Shown: positions 18,617-28,286, counted from the first letter of the stretch. The stretch: DNA of 32,000 nt from Trichodesmium erythraeum IMS101 (GCF_000014265.1 NC_008312.1:480001-512000), one strand, 5' to 3'. Made by a program: numbers and translations. Notes: generated from the sequence alone by a model not told the origin.

Positions 18617-19183
18617 TTAATCTCCAGAAAGCTCAGTTTTTTCTTGGTTAGGATTAAGACAAGTAGTTAATAATTCTTCTGTCGATAATCCTAAATTAGC
18701 ATTTAAACCAATAACACAAGAAGAAAAACTTTCTGGCAATAAACTAATACGACAACTTTCTAAGATATTCTCTTGATTAGATGTATCTTGAACTGATTTA
18801 TTAATCCTTTCTACACAAGTTCCTAATTCATCAACTCTTCTCACTTTTTGACAATTCAATAAAATCTCTTCTGCGGAAAGTTCTTCTGTTGTATTGTCAT
18901 AGATTTTTGTGACACATTTTGATAAATCTTTTGGTTTAAGAGCTGCACTACAAGCATTAGCAACCTCTCTTTCAGATAAACCTACACTTAATAAATCTCT
19001 GGAGCAAATTATAAATGATTTTCTATTTACTTGGGCTGTTGCTACTTCAGGAATAGCCATCAATAAACCACAGGTAAAAAGTTGTATTGTTGTTAAATAT
19101 ACCCAGGGTTTACTCAAGTATTTCTGAGGTTGATATAAGGGAGATTTATCAGATAAAAAATGATAAAAGTTCATATTAGGCAT
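18617..19183 (-). CDS. Hypothetical secreted protein with about four Cys-pair repeats
   Basis: Hydrophobic LFTCGLLMAIPEVATAQV, then repeats of the form (G)LS.EE....C ... (D/E)L..CV..I. Examples: GLSEREVANAC...DLSKCV; LSAEEILLNC...ELGTCV; ILESC...FSSCV; LSTEELLTTC. Confidence 0.5.
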   Translation of the reverse strand: MPNMNFYHFLSDKSPLYQPQKYLSKPWVYLTTIQLFTCGLLMAIPEVATAQVNRKSFIICSRDLLSVGLSEREVANACSAALKPKDLSKCVTKIYDNTTEELSAEEILLNCQKVRRVDELGTCVERINKSVQDTSNQENILESCRISLLPESFSSCVIGLNANLGLSTEELLTTCLNPNQEKTELSGD

Positions 19184-19218
19184 AACAAATAATCAAAGCT
19201 AAACTCAATCGTGAAAAA

Positions 19219-19249
19219 TTGACAAAGTAGTAATTCAATAGTATATGAT
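19219..19249 (+). promoter_or_regulatory. Candidate sigma70-type promoter of rpsD
   Basis: TTGACA at 19219..19224, a 17-nt spacer, TATATG at 19242 (or TATGAT at 19244). It lies 40-70 nt upstream of the rpsD ATG. Confidence 0.35.
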
Positions 19250-19290
19250 ATAGGATTGTGGCTAAATTTTATGTTAATGAGGAAATTATT

Positions 19291-19899
19291 ATGTCTAGGT
19301 ATAGAGGTCCACGTTTAAGAATAGTGCGTCGTCTAGGTGATCTACCGGGGCTAACTCGTAAAAGTGCCAGACGTGCTTATCCACCTGGTCAACATGGTCA
19401 AAATCGCAGAAAGCGTTCAGAATATGCGATTCGACTGGAAGAGAAACAGAAACTACTATATAATTATGGTGTTTGTGAACGTCAACTCCTACGCTACGTA
19501 AAAAAAGCTCGTCGTGCAGGAGGTTCCACAGGAAAAGTATTACTAGAACTTCTGGAAATGCGTTTAGATAATACTGTATTTCGTTTAGGAATGGCTCCAA
19601 CTATTCCTTCTGCACGACAGTTAGTGAACCATGGTCATGTCACAGTTAATGGTAAGGTAGTAAGTATTGCTAGCTACCAGTGTAAACCTGGAGAGGTAAT
19701 TAGTGTTAAGGAAAAAGAAAAATCTAAGGAAATGGTCAAGACTAATCTCCAATATCCAGGTTTAGCTAATATTCCTAGCCATTTAGAATTTGATAAAAAC
19801 AAGCTGGTTGGTAAAGTTAATGGTATTGTGGAACGGGAGTGGGTGGCGCTTCAAATTAACGAACTGTTAATTGTGGAATATTATTCCAGACAAGCTTAG
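19291..19899 (+). CDS. rpsD: 30S ribosomal protein S4
   Basis: [16 protein letters not shown]...[11 protein letters not shown]...LDNTVFRLG...ARQLVNHGH. The ATG at 19291 is preceded by GAGGAA. The listed GTG at 19258 adds 11 non-conserved residues. Confidence 0.95.
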   Translation: MSRYRGPRLRIVRRLGDLPGLTRKSARRAYPPGQHGQNRRKRSEYAIRLEEKQKLLYNYGVCERQLLRYVKKARRAGGSTGKVLLELLEMRLDNTVFRLGMAPTIPSARQLVNHGHVTVNGKVVSIASYQCKPGEVISVKEKEKSKEMVKTNLQYPGLANIPSHLEFDKNKLVGKVNGIVEREWVALQINELLIVEYYSRQA

Positions 19900-20209
19900 A
19901 TTTTTGTTTTTCATCTCTATGGATGTATTTAATATCAAATCTGTTGGCTTCGGAGTAATATAATTTCTTTGATCGTCATAGAATAGGTAAGGGGGTTTTA
20001 TTGCGGAATACTACGCAAATATATTGCGGGGCATTCATGGCTATTAGCCCCTAAGTTATAAACTATGCTTCTTTAATACTAAATAACACCTATGCTACCG
20101 GATTTAATATAACAATTAAGCGGGAGACATATAGCATATTTCTGGTTTATGAGGTACGCAAACGCGGGCTAGATGCCCGCACTACAGATTTTTACCAAAC
20201 ACAGCTATA

Positions 20210-20900
20210 CATTATTTGCCTGAAATTAGCTGTAATTAAACAGACTAGGTTGGGTGCGATACAAAAATAGGAATTAACTATTTTGAAATTACTTCTCCCC
20301 CGACCCTTCTTCTCGCAGGAGAGGTGAGGGGACAATAAGTATCATTAATATAAAATTTTTACGGAAAAATTAGGTCTCTATTACCTCGCCCTTATAGGGG
20401 AACTTTTTAGTTTGTTTTATTTTAATATATAAGTTATCCTAAATGTTAGTTAAAAATTCAGCTCATGACTCCCTAAATTTCAGTCAAGTATAGCAATAAT
20501 GCATAGGAATTAGTATGAGAAGAAAAACATGAAAAATACAGTCATTATTTTAGAGTAATTAATGGTTAAAAAATTATTTAAGAAGCTAGTGTGACTGTAA
20601 CTCATAAACCATTAAATGCGCTGTATTAGTTACAGGGGCTAAGTCCGATAAAACCACAGAAATGAATATCAGTCGAATAGCAGGGTCAAGCTTTGCGATA
20701 GCTGGGGAAAAATTACAGCAGTCAATATTAGGGAAGGGAGTGCGTGCTAAATATAAAAAGTCAATCCCCCAAGGAGTGTCGTCCCGTGCTTAATGTCAAA
20801 GTCTTTAATCATATTTGAACCTATCCCACTAATAAAATGCGATTAATCCACATAAGTATAGTGGCGAGGGCTACAATTGCTTCAATACAAGCAGAAATAG
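20210..20900 (+). repeat. Copy B of the dispersed intergenic element: decayed, with insertions
   Basis: Colinear blocks shared with copy A: 20356..20413, 20433..20453 (19 of 21), 20642..20666 and 20737..20764 (25 of 28). There is also a 5' block at 20210..20239 resembling copies C and D. It ends about 55 nt upstream of the next gene. Confidence 0.55.
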
Positions 20901-20955
20901 ACTCCCATCGTATAACTAATTGAGGTGATTACTAATTAATAGCTATTTACAAAAT

Positions 20956-21675
20956 ATGGGAGGAAATCAATTTAGATTTAAGCAGTTTACTATCAGACAA
21001 GATAGATGTGCTATGAAGGTGGGTACAGATGGTACTTTATTAGGGGCATGGGTCGATGTTTCTGGAGCAGAAAAAATTTTAGATATTGGTACAGGTACTG
21101 GTTTAATTGCTTTAATGCTGGCACAGCGTTCGTCTCAGCTGAAGGTTGATATTGATGCTGTAGAAATTGATATCAACTCATCTATTCAAGCTAGGGAAAA
21201 TGTGGAGCGATCGCGTTGGTCAGATAGAGTTAAAGTTGAAAATTATTCAATCCAAAAATATATAGATATTTGTCAAAAACGTTATGATTTAATAGTCTCA
21301 AATCCACCTTTTTTTGAAAATGCTTCTAAACCTGTAAAAAAGGCAAGAACAGTTGCCAGACATACTGACTTTCTCTCACAAGCTGATTTATTGCAGGCAG
21401 CAGTTAAGCTTTTATCTGACACTGGCAAATTAGCTGTAATTTATCCCGTGGAACAAGCTCACAATTTTCAGGAAAAGGCAGAATATTTGGGATTATTTTG
21501 TCAGAGAAAACTTGATGTTAAACCTATGCCAAAAATTCCTACAAAACGAATTTTGATGGAACTCAGCAAAAAAAAATTACCATTACAAAAAAATACTCTG
21601 ACTATTGAAGTCAAACAATATACATATACACCAGAATTTATTACCTTAATTAAAGATTTTTACCTAAAATATTGA
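20956..21675 (+). CDS. trmN6: tRNA1(Val) (adenine37-N6)-methyltransferase, YfiC/TrmN6-like
   Basis: FRFKQFTIRQDRCAMKVGTDGTLLGAW...ILDIGTGTGLIALMLAQR...IDAVEID...YDLIVSNPPFF closely follows the E. coli YfiC pattern. Confidence 0.8.
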   Translation: MGGNQFRFKQFTIRQDRCAMKVGTDGTLLGAWVDVSGAEKILDIGTGTGLIALMLAQRSSQLKVDIDAVEIDINSSIQARENVERSRWSDRVKVENYSIQKYIDICQKRYDLIVSNPPFFENASKPVKKARTVARHTDFLSQADLLQAAVKLLSDTGKLAVIYPVEQAHNFQEKAEYLGLFCQRKLDVKPMPKIPTKRILMELSKKKLPLQKNTLTIEVKQYTYTPEFITLIKDFYLKY

Positions 21676-21918
21676 CTTCCTTTGTCAAGGCTATTGGTTG
21701 AACTAAAAAATTCAGGTATCAAGTCTCTCAATTCATAGAGAAAAAAATAAAAAAAAATCTTTTTAACTAATGTTTCAGTTACAGAAAAGATAATTATTAA
21801 TTCTTGAAACACCTCGAATTTTTTTTGAACATTTAGACCTACCTAATTATACTAAAGTTATTTATTATTGATGTCAACTTATTTTTTAAAGCTAAATAAA
21901 AGAGTTATCTCTTGAACT

Positions 21919-22323
21919 AGATAGAGTTAAAATTTAAAATTATTCAATCTAAAAATATACAGATATCTGTCAAAAAAATTATGATTTAATAGCCTCAAAT
22001 CCACCTTTTTTTTTTATCCTTATAAAGTTGCTAAAAAAAAGAGGACAGTTGCCATACATACTGACTTTCTCTCACAAGCTGATTTATTGCAAGCAGCAGT
22101 TAAACTTTTATCCAAAACTGGTAAATTAGCTGTAATTTATCCCGTAGAAAAAGCTCAAATTTTTCAGGAAAAAGCAGAATATTTGAGATTATTTTGTCAG
22201 ATAAAACTTGATGTTCAACCTATGCCAAAAATTTCCATGGAACAAATTTTGATATAACTCACCAAAAAAAATACCATTTACTTCAAAAAACTTTGAACCT
22301 TGAAACTAAACAATATATATATG
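21919..22323 (+). pseudogene. Degenerate partial duplicate of the 3' two-thirds of the adjacent trmN6-like gene
   Basis: Nucleotide-level alignment by eye of 21919..22323 with 21222..21640 (for example CATACTGACTTTCTCTCACAAGCTGATTTATTGCA and AAATTAGCTGTAATTTATCCCGT are identical). The copy has stops, indels and an expanded T run at the NPPF site. Confidence 0.85.
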
Positions 22324-22578
22324 CTTTATTGCTTACTTACTTATAGCCTTTTGAATAACAATTAGGTATACAGACTCAAGTAATAATCTTTTGAAAACAT
22401 CAAATTTTTTTTACTCATTGTTATCAATTTACCAATTAGTCATGCAAAGTATTGTATTTAATTATTACTAATTTAATGTAATTTAAAATTATCAAAAAAT
22501 TAGGTCAATAGCCTTCCTTTGGATAGAGGATGAAAAAATAAACTTCAGTTTTTCTTGGCTTTGGCTTCATTTAGAAGT

Positions 22579-22599
22579 ACTGATAACTGATAACTGAAA
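22579..22599. repeat. Heptamer repeat ACTGATA ACTGATA ACTGAAA abutting the cmoA start codon
   Basis: Read directly. The last unit overlaps the ATG at 22599. Confidence 0.55.
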
Positions 22600-23360
22600 T
22601 GACTGAACCACTAGAAACAGAACTATATTTAAGTTCAGAAAAAGACGAACTATTTGAAAAAGGTCCCTGGCCGAAACCTTTTGCCTTTAATGCCGAAGTA
22701 GTCAAAGTTTTCGATAATATGGTATGCCGTTCGGTGCCTCTATATCGAGAAGTTGTTGCTGGAGCAGTCCATTGGACACGAGCATATTATCAGCCAAAAA
22801 CACGCATTATTGATATAGGTTGTTCTACTGGTACATTCCTAGAATTATTAGGGCGATTTTTGAAACAACCAGCAATTTTAGTGGGAATTGATAACTCTTC
22901 AGATATGTTAGATAAAGCTAAAGAAAAATTAGCCCAAGTAGAACAAATTCATCAGATAGAATTAATTTGTGAAAGTGCTGAAAATTGTTCTTTTGAAAAG
23001 AGTAGTGTAGTCGTTATGAACTATACCTTACAATTTTTATCTCTTCCTCAAAGACAAAAATTATTACGAGCAATTTATCAAGGTTTAGTTCCTGGCGGAT
23101 TACTATTTATAAGTGAAAAAATTCGTTCTGATTGTCCTCAATTTCAAGAAACAATTACTCACCATTATGAAGCTTTTAAGGCTAAAAATGGTTATGCTCA
23201 AAATGAAATAGAACGGAAAAAAGAAGCACTAGAAAATGTATTAATTCCACTCAGCGAAGCTGAACAATTACAGATGTTAAAACAGAGTGGTTTTTCATAC
23301 ATAGAATCATTAATTAAATTGCATAATTTTGTCTCATTTGTGGCTTTCAAATCTGATTGA
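22599..23360 (+). CDS. cmoA: Carboxy-S-adenosyl-L-methionine synthase
   Basis: Matches E. coli CmoA blocks: VFDNMVCRSVPLY, IDIGCSTG, GIDNSSDM, VMNYTLQFL...RQKLLRAIYQGLVPGGLLFISEK, KAKNGYAQNEIERKKEALENV. Confidence 0.85.
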   Translation: MTEPLETELYLSSEKDELFEKGPWPKPFAFNAEVVKVFDNMVCRSVPLYREVVAGAVHWTRAYYQPKTRIIDIGCSTGTFLELLGRFLKQPAILVGIDNSSDMLDKAKEKLAQVEQIHQIELICESAENCSFEKSSVVVMNYTLQFLSLPQRQKLLRAIYQGLVPGGLLFISEKIRSDCPQFQETITHHYEAFKAKNGYAQNEIERKKEALENVLIPLSEAEQLQMLKQSGFSYIESLIKLHNFVSFVAFKSD

Positions 23361-23454
23361 ATCAAAAAAAATTAGAGGTGAAGACAAAAAAAATATTTCT
23401 ACCAGTTAAAATTTAAGTGTTAAAATTAATAATACCTATACTATTAATAAAACC

Positions 23455-24127
23455 ATGAGTTTTCTTAATGTTGACCCTTGATCACGCTCCCATATTTCCT
23501 AACTCCCGTCGTGTCTGGGTAACACTACTAGAAAAATGACTTAAGTTTGAATTGGTAGAAGTTAAACTCAGTGGAGAGCAATTTTTACCTGATTTTTTGG
23601 AACTTAATTCTTTCCACCACATTCCTGCTTTAGTAGATGATGGTTTTAATATAATTGAATCTTTGGCAATTCTTGACTATATATAAGCCAAATATCCTAC
23701 TCCTAATATGTTACCTAAAGAGGTCAAAAACTTAACAATTGTGCAGATGGTAAAAATGGTAAGTATTAATGAATTGTTGCCCGCTATTCATCCACTGGTA
23801 GAACAAATTTTAGATTTACCTGGAGAAAACCCAGAAAAAGCTGAGAAAGCAGAGGAGAAAATTGCAACAGTCCTGACATTTTTTTGAGAAATTATTGAGC
23901 GATCGCCCTTATTTTGGTAGTGACAATTTAACTTTAGTAGATGTTGTTGCTGTTACTATCATCTCTATGTTGTCCTTTAGAGGCGGTATTTCTTTAAATA
24001 AATATCCTAAAATTAGTGCTTGGTGCAGTAGCCTAATAGCACGTCCAGCATAGCAAAATTCTGAGGCGACAGAAGAAGCATTTGCTGAATTTAGATTTAA
24101 TATGTTAGCTAGAATGCAGCGAAACTA
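23455..24127 (+). pseudogene. Glutathione S-transferase pseudogene (several stops and frameshifts)
   Basis: Readable GST blocks are broken by stops: SPNSRRVWVTLLEK*LKFELVEVKLSGEQFLPDFLELNSFHHIPALVDDGFNIIESLAILDYI*AKYPTPNMLP... Later pieces are in other frames (...YPKISAWCSSLIARPA*). Confidence 0.8.
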
Positions 24128-24229
24128 AAGAAAGTATACTACCCTCATAAGGGGTGTGAATATTAGTAAATGCGAAATTTTCTCGTTGTGTAAGTATTAT
24201 TCAGACGTTAATTATACTAATTATCAGTA

Positions 24230-24249
24230 CCTCTAGCTTAAGCTAGAGG
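24230..24249. terminator. Perfect 20-nt palindrome CCTCTAGCTTAAGCTAGAGG between convergent genes; possible bidirectional terminator
   Basis: Read directly. It is followed by a T-rich stretch (GAATTTTTTAG) and lies between the GST remnant (+) and the ABC gene (-). Confidence 0.4.
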
Positions 24250-24316
24250 CTTAATATCTGAATTTTTTAGTCAAATTCAATCATGACTTACCCACTTCAG
24301 CAAAAAATTGGGTTTA

Positions 24317-26025
24317 TTATCTTTTATCTAAGGTTATAATAGGCTTAAGTTGCCAAGATTCGTTCGCAGTAATTTCTAGTAATTGTTGATGATATTTTTT
24401 TAAAGTCGGGCGATGTCCAACACTAATAAATGTTATGGATGTTTCTTGCAATTGTTTATATAAAATTTCCTCAGTTGGCACATCTAAAGCACTGGTGGCT
24501 TCATCCAAAATTACATATTTAGGTTGAGTTAATAATAATCTAGTAAAGGCAACTCTTTGTTGTTCTCCCACTGACAAAACTTGACTCCAATTTTCTTCTG
24601 CATCTAAACCACCAAATCTTTCTGCTAATTTGGTGAGATTTACTTTTTCTAAGACTTCCTGTATTTTTACATCAGAAATGTTTAGATTACTCTGGGGATA
24701 TAAAAGCTGTTGACGGAGAGAGCCTAAAACCATATAAGGTTTTTGAGGCAAGAATAATATTTCATTCAATTTAGGTCGATAAATAGCTCCTGTGCCAGAG
24801 TTCCATAGACCAGCGATCGCTCTTAAAATTGAACTTTTGCCACAACCGCTAGGTCCCATAATTAATAATCCATCTCCTGGTTTTATTTCTAAGGAAATAT
24901 CTCTGAATAAAGTTCTTTGATAATTGGGAGTTTTTAATGTTAAATGTTCTAAAGCTAGACAAGAATTTGTTATTGTATCAATAGCTAATTCACCTTTAGG
25001 AACTTCAGTAGATGATTGAATAGCCTCAGAAAAAGTAGATAAACGATTAATTCCAGCAGCAAATTCTGTCAGTCTATCCAATTGACTAACAATAACTGTT
25101 AAGGAACTTAAGATGATACTAAAAGCTACTCCGGCTTGAGTAATTACACCTATTTCTAATTCACCAGAAAGCACACGGGGACCAATAATTATAGATGGTA
25201 ATGCAAAAGTAATAAATTCATAACTATTTCTAAAAATATCCAAATATAGTTGCCATTGAATTAACCGATTAAAATTATTAAAAACATCATTAAATATGTT
25301 CTTTGCCTGTTGTAGTTCCTGTTTCTCTCCTCTATAAAAAGCTATAGATTCAGAATTTTCTCTAACTCTAATTAAACCAAAACGAAAATTAGCTTCTCGC
25401 TTCAATTGTTCAAAATTAATCTCTACCAAAACCTTACCAAATACTCCGGTCGTGATAACTGTACCAGCAATAGCATAAGCAATTACAAAAAATACTAATG
25501 GTTTAGAAATTGACCATAATAAAGTACTAAAACCAAATAACTGAAATATGGCATTGAGAGTAATTACAAGAAAACTTAGAGATTGGTCTGTAAAACTTTT
25601 AATATCTTGAGCAATACGTTGGTCTGGATTATCAATTTCTGGGTGGTAACTAATTTTATAGAAAGAGCGATCGCTTAAATAACTTTCCATAAAACTCTCA
25701 GTCATCCACCTTCGCCAAAATACACTAAGTTTTTGTCGAACAAAAGAATAGGAAGATACAAAAGGTACAGCAATCACAACTGCGCCAAAAAACTGTATAA
25801 TTGATCGCCAAAATCTCTCAGAATTTTGAGAAGATAGTGCAGAAATAAATTCTGCTCGTTGATTTGTGAGGAATAAATTAAATACAGTAAATGTTCCTAA
25901 TAAAACAATTACTAGTAACAATAAACCCCTAGCTCGCCATTTCTCATTTTTTGAGAACCAATAAAGTTTAGCAATTGACCAAAAATCTTTTAATAAATTT
26001 AAGTGATTTTTTTTTTATTCAGCAT
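24317..26025 (-). CDS. ABC transporter, fused permease/ATPase (ABC membrane type 2, ABCD/SbmA-BacA-like), with a frameshift in an A10 tract near the 5' end
   Basis: Walker A GPSGCGKSS, signature LSVGEQQR, Walker B ILDEATSALD. The reading frame stays open upstream of the listed TTG start and encodes a family-typical KDFWSIAKLYWFSKNEKWRARGLLLL. The only ATG (26025..26023) is out of frame across the T10/A10 run at 26007..26016. Confidence 0.8.
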
Positions 26026-26651
26026 ATTTTTAGATATTACTAATGTGATTTTTAGTTTATTTCCTATATATAATTTATCATAATATTAGCCGATTGTCAA
26101 TCAATATACCCTTGATAAAATTGGTGAGAGATATAATTTTTTATTCTTAGATAATAGGCAATAAAAAAAATATAGATTTTGTCAAGTTACTGAAACAGAA
26201 TTGTTTTTCTTATTTTCTATTCATTGCTTCCCTGTACAGACGCCCTTATGCAGCCCTACTTACTTTTTGTAAAACTTCAGTTATTAAATAATTATTACAC
26301 AAGGAATAAATTTTTTTTTATCCTCTTCAGCTAAGTTAATTTTATAGAGCTACTTGCTCAGGTACTTAGAAATTCTAATTCAAAGTTTCTTAAGGGAAAA
26401 AGAGTACAAAAAATAATGTGTAAATATGCCAGAGCGCATTGCTATAATTTTATCAATATTTACTTGTCCCCCACTTCTTTGAAGCTACAAAAGTTTTCTG
26501 CAACATCTCTACTCTCACTCAAAATACAATTTGAAAAGTTTTTGAGAAATGGCATAATAATTTCAGACTTCTAGCCCAAGTAATGGGAACGCTATCTTTG
26601 AGTAGAAAAAGCACTATTTCGAGAAATTATTTGCCAAAAATAGGGAAATTT

Positions 26652-27881
26652 CTACAACAAAATTCCTGCGATACAAGCAGTCATAAAACAAGCAATAGAT
26701 CCACCTATCATTGCTCGAACTCCCAACTTTGCCAAATCACCCTGTCGTGATGGTGCAATGGTACTAATTCCACCTATCTGTACAGCAATGGAACCAATAT
26801 TAGAAAACCCACATAAAGCATAAGTAGCAATAATCTGCGATCGCTCAGAAATCACATTTACCATTTCACCTTTTTGAGCATTTTCAATGAGTGTCTTTAA
26901 ATCTAAATAAGCGATAAATTCATTCAAAATTGTTTTCTTACCCAACAAGATCCCCACTTGAGGACAGTCTCCCCAAGGCACTCCCATCAACCAAGCAACA
27001 GGAGCAAATAATAAAGAGAAAACCCACTCCAAGGATAACTGAGGCAACCCAATACCATTACCTATCCATGCTAATAGTCCATTGACCATTGCTACCAACC
27101 CTAAAAAAGCAATTAACATTGCTGCCACATTGACAGCCAATTTTGCTCCCTCTTTAGCACCTAATGTTGCTGCATCAATAACATTTGCATAAGTCTGTTC
27201 TACCTCTACCTTGACCGTTCCTGCCGTCGGAGACTCTTCTGTTTCTGGCAACAATATTTTTGATATTGCCAATGCTGCAGGTGCTGACATTACCGAGGCA
27301 GCAATTAAATGTTCGGCAGGTACTCCAAAAGAAATATAAGCTGCCAATACTCCTCCAGCGACTGTAGCAAAACCACCTGTCATCACTGCGTGTAATTCTG
27401 ATTTCGTCATTGTTTTCACATAAGGTTTAATCATCAACGGTGCTTCTGTTGACCCCACAAAAATATTAGCGGAACAAGCGAGAGACTCTGTGCCAGAAGT
27501 TTTCATAGTTTTCAGCATTATCCATGCAAATGCTTTGACTACTTGTTGTAAAATTCCATAATGATATAAGATAGTAATTAATGAAGAAAAAAATATAATT
27601 GTTGGTAGTATCTGGAAGGCAAAAAAGTGTTCGAGATAGTTTTCTCCAAATACAAATTTAGCCCCGGCATCAGAAAATTTGAGTAACTGACTAATTATAT
27701 CGGCAATAAATTTAAACACTGCTAAACCTGTTTTGCTTTTTAAAATTAGCAGTGCAAATAATAGTTGCAAACCTATTCCCCATAAAACAGTTTCCCACTT
27801 AATTGCATTTCTTTTTGCCGATAACAGAATAGCTAAACCTATAAAAACTATTAACCCCAGTGCTGATATTAATCTTTCCAC
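26652..27881 (-). CDS. nupC: NupC-family (CNT) nucleoside transporter
   Basis: 409 aa polytopic protein with an N-terminal MERLISALGLIVFIGLA...NR.AI.WETVLWGIGLQ pattern and conserved CNT C-terminal blocks (GFANIGS-like CGFSNIGSIAVQIGG). Confidence 0.85.
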   Translation of the reverse strand: MERLISALGLIVFIGLAILLSAKRNAIKWETVLWGIGLQLLFALLILKSKTGLAVFKFIADIISQLLKFSDAGAKFVFGENYLEHFFAFQILPTIIFFSSLITILYHYGILQQVVKAFAWIMLKTMKTSGTESLACSANIFVGSTEAPLMIKPYVKTMTKSELHAVMTGGFATVAGGVLAAYISFGVPAEHLIAASVMSAPAALAISKILLPETEESPTAGTVKVEVEQTYANVIDAATLGAKEGAKLAVNVAAMLIAFLGLVAMVNGLLAWIGNGIGLPQLSLEWVFSLLFAPVAWLMGVPWGDCPQVGILLGKKTILNEFIAYLDLKTLIENAQKGEMVNVISERSQIIATYALCGFSNIGSIAVQIGGISTIAPSRQGDLAKLGVRAMIGGSIACFMTACIAGILL

Positions 27882-28286
27882 AATTAATTATATATCCCTT
27901 AATTTATTATACTATTTTCTGAAATTAATCATCACGAAATATCTGATCATATTAAATATTTACTATATATTTGCTATATAAATTATTATAATGAGCGAGG
28001 TAGAATTTTTTTATGCTTTAAGGAATCAAAAAATAAAGTCAGTGTACTTCATTAATCTAATAAATGCTATATACAGAAATCCTAAACTATTTTTAAGAAT
28101 TTTTATAATAACTAACTTTAACTGAAAATCTTAAAAATTATGACTCCAGACTTCTAACTACTAACAAAATATTAAAACTTATATAGGGTTTCTGTATTTA
28201 TTATAACCTATTTGGAATTGCTATAACAATCCTAAAGAATTTGTTCAAAATGCAAAAATAGATAAATAAAAATGTATCAAACTCTT

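Noticed and set aside
18909-19600. Listed ORFs 18909..19127 (+) and 19295..19600 (-)
   Set aside because: They are antisense to the Cys-repeat protein gene and to rpsD respectively.
26436-26446. A second TGCTATAAT (extended -10-like) on the plus strand, and recurring ATTGCTATA strings (14471, 28215, 28343, 29097)
   Set aside because: Only the antisense of nupC lies downstream of the 26.4-kb copy. The recurrence may reflect a repeat fragment rather than promoters. Only the copy upstream of der is listed, and at low confidence.
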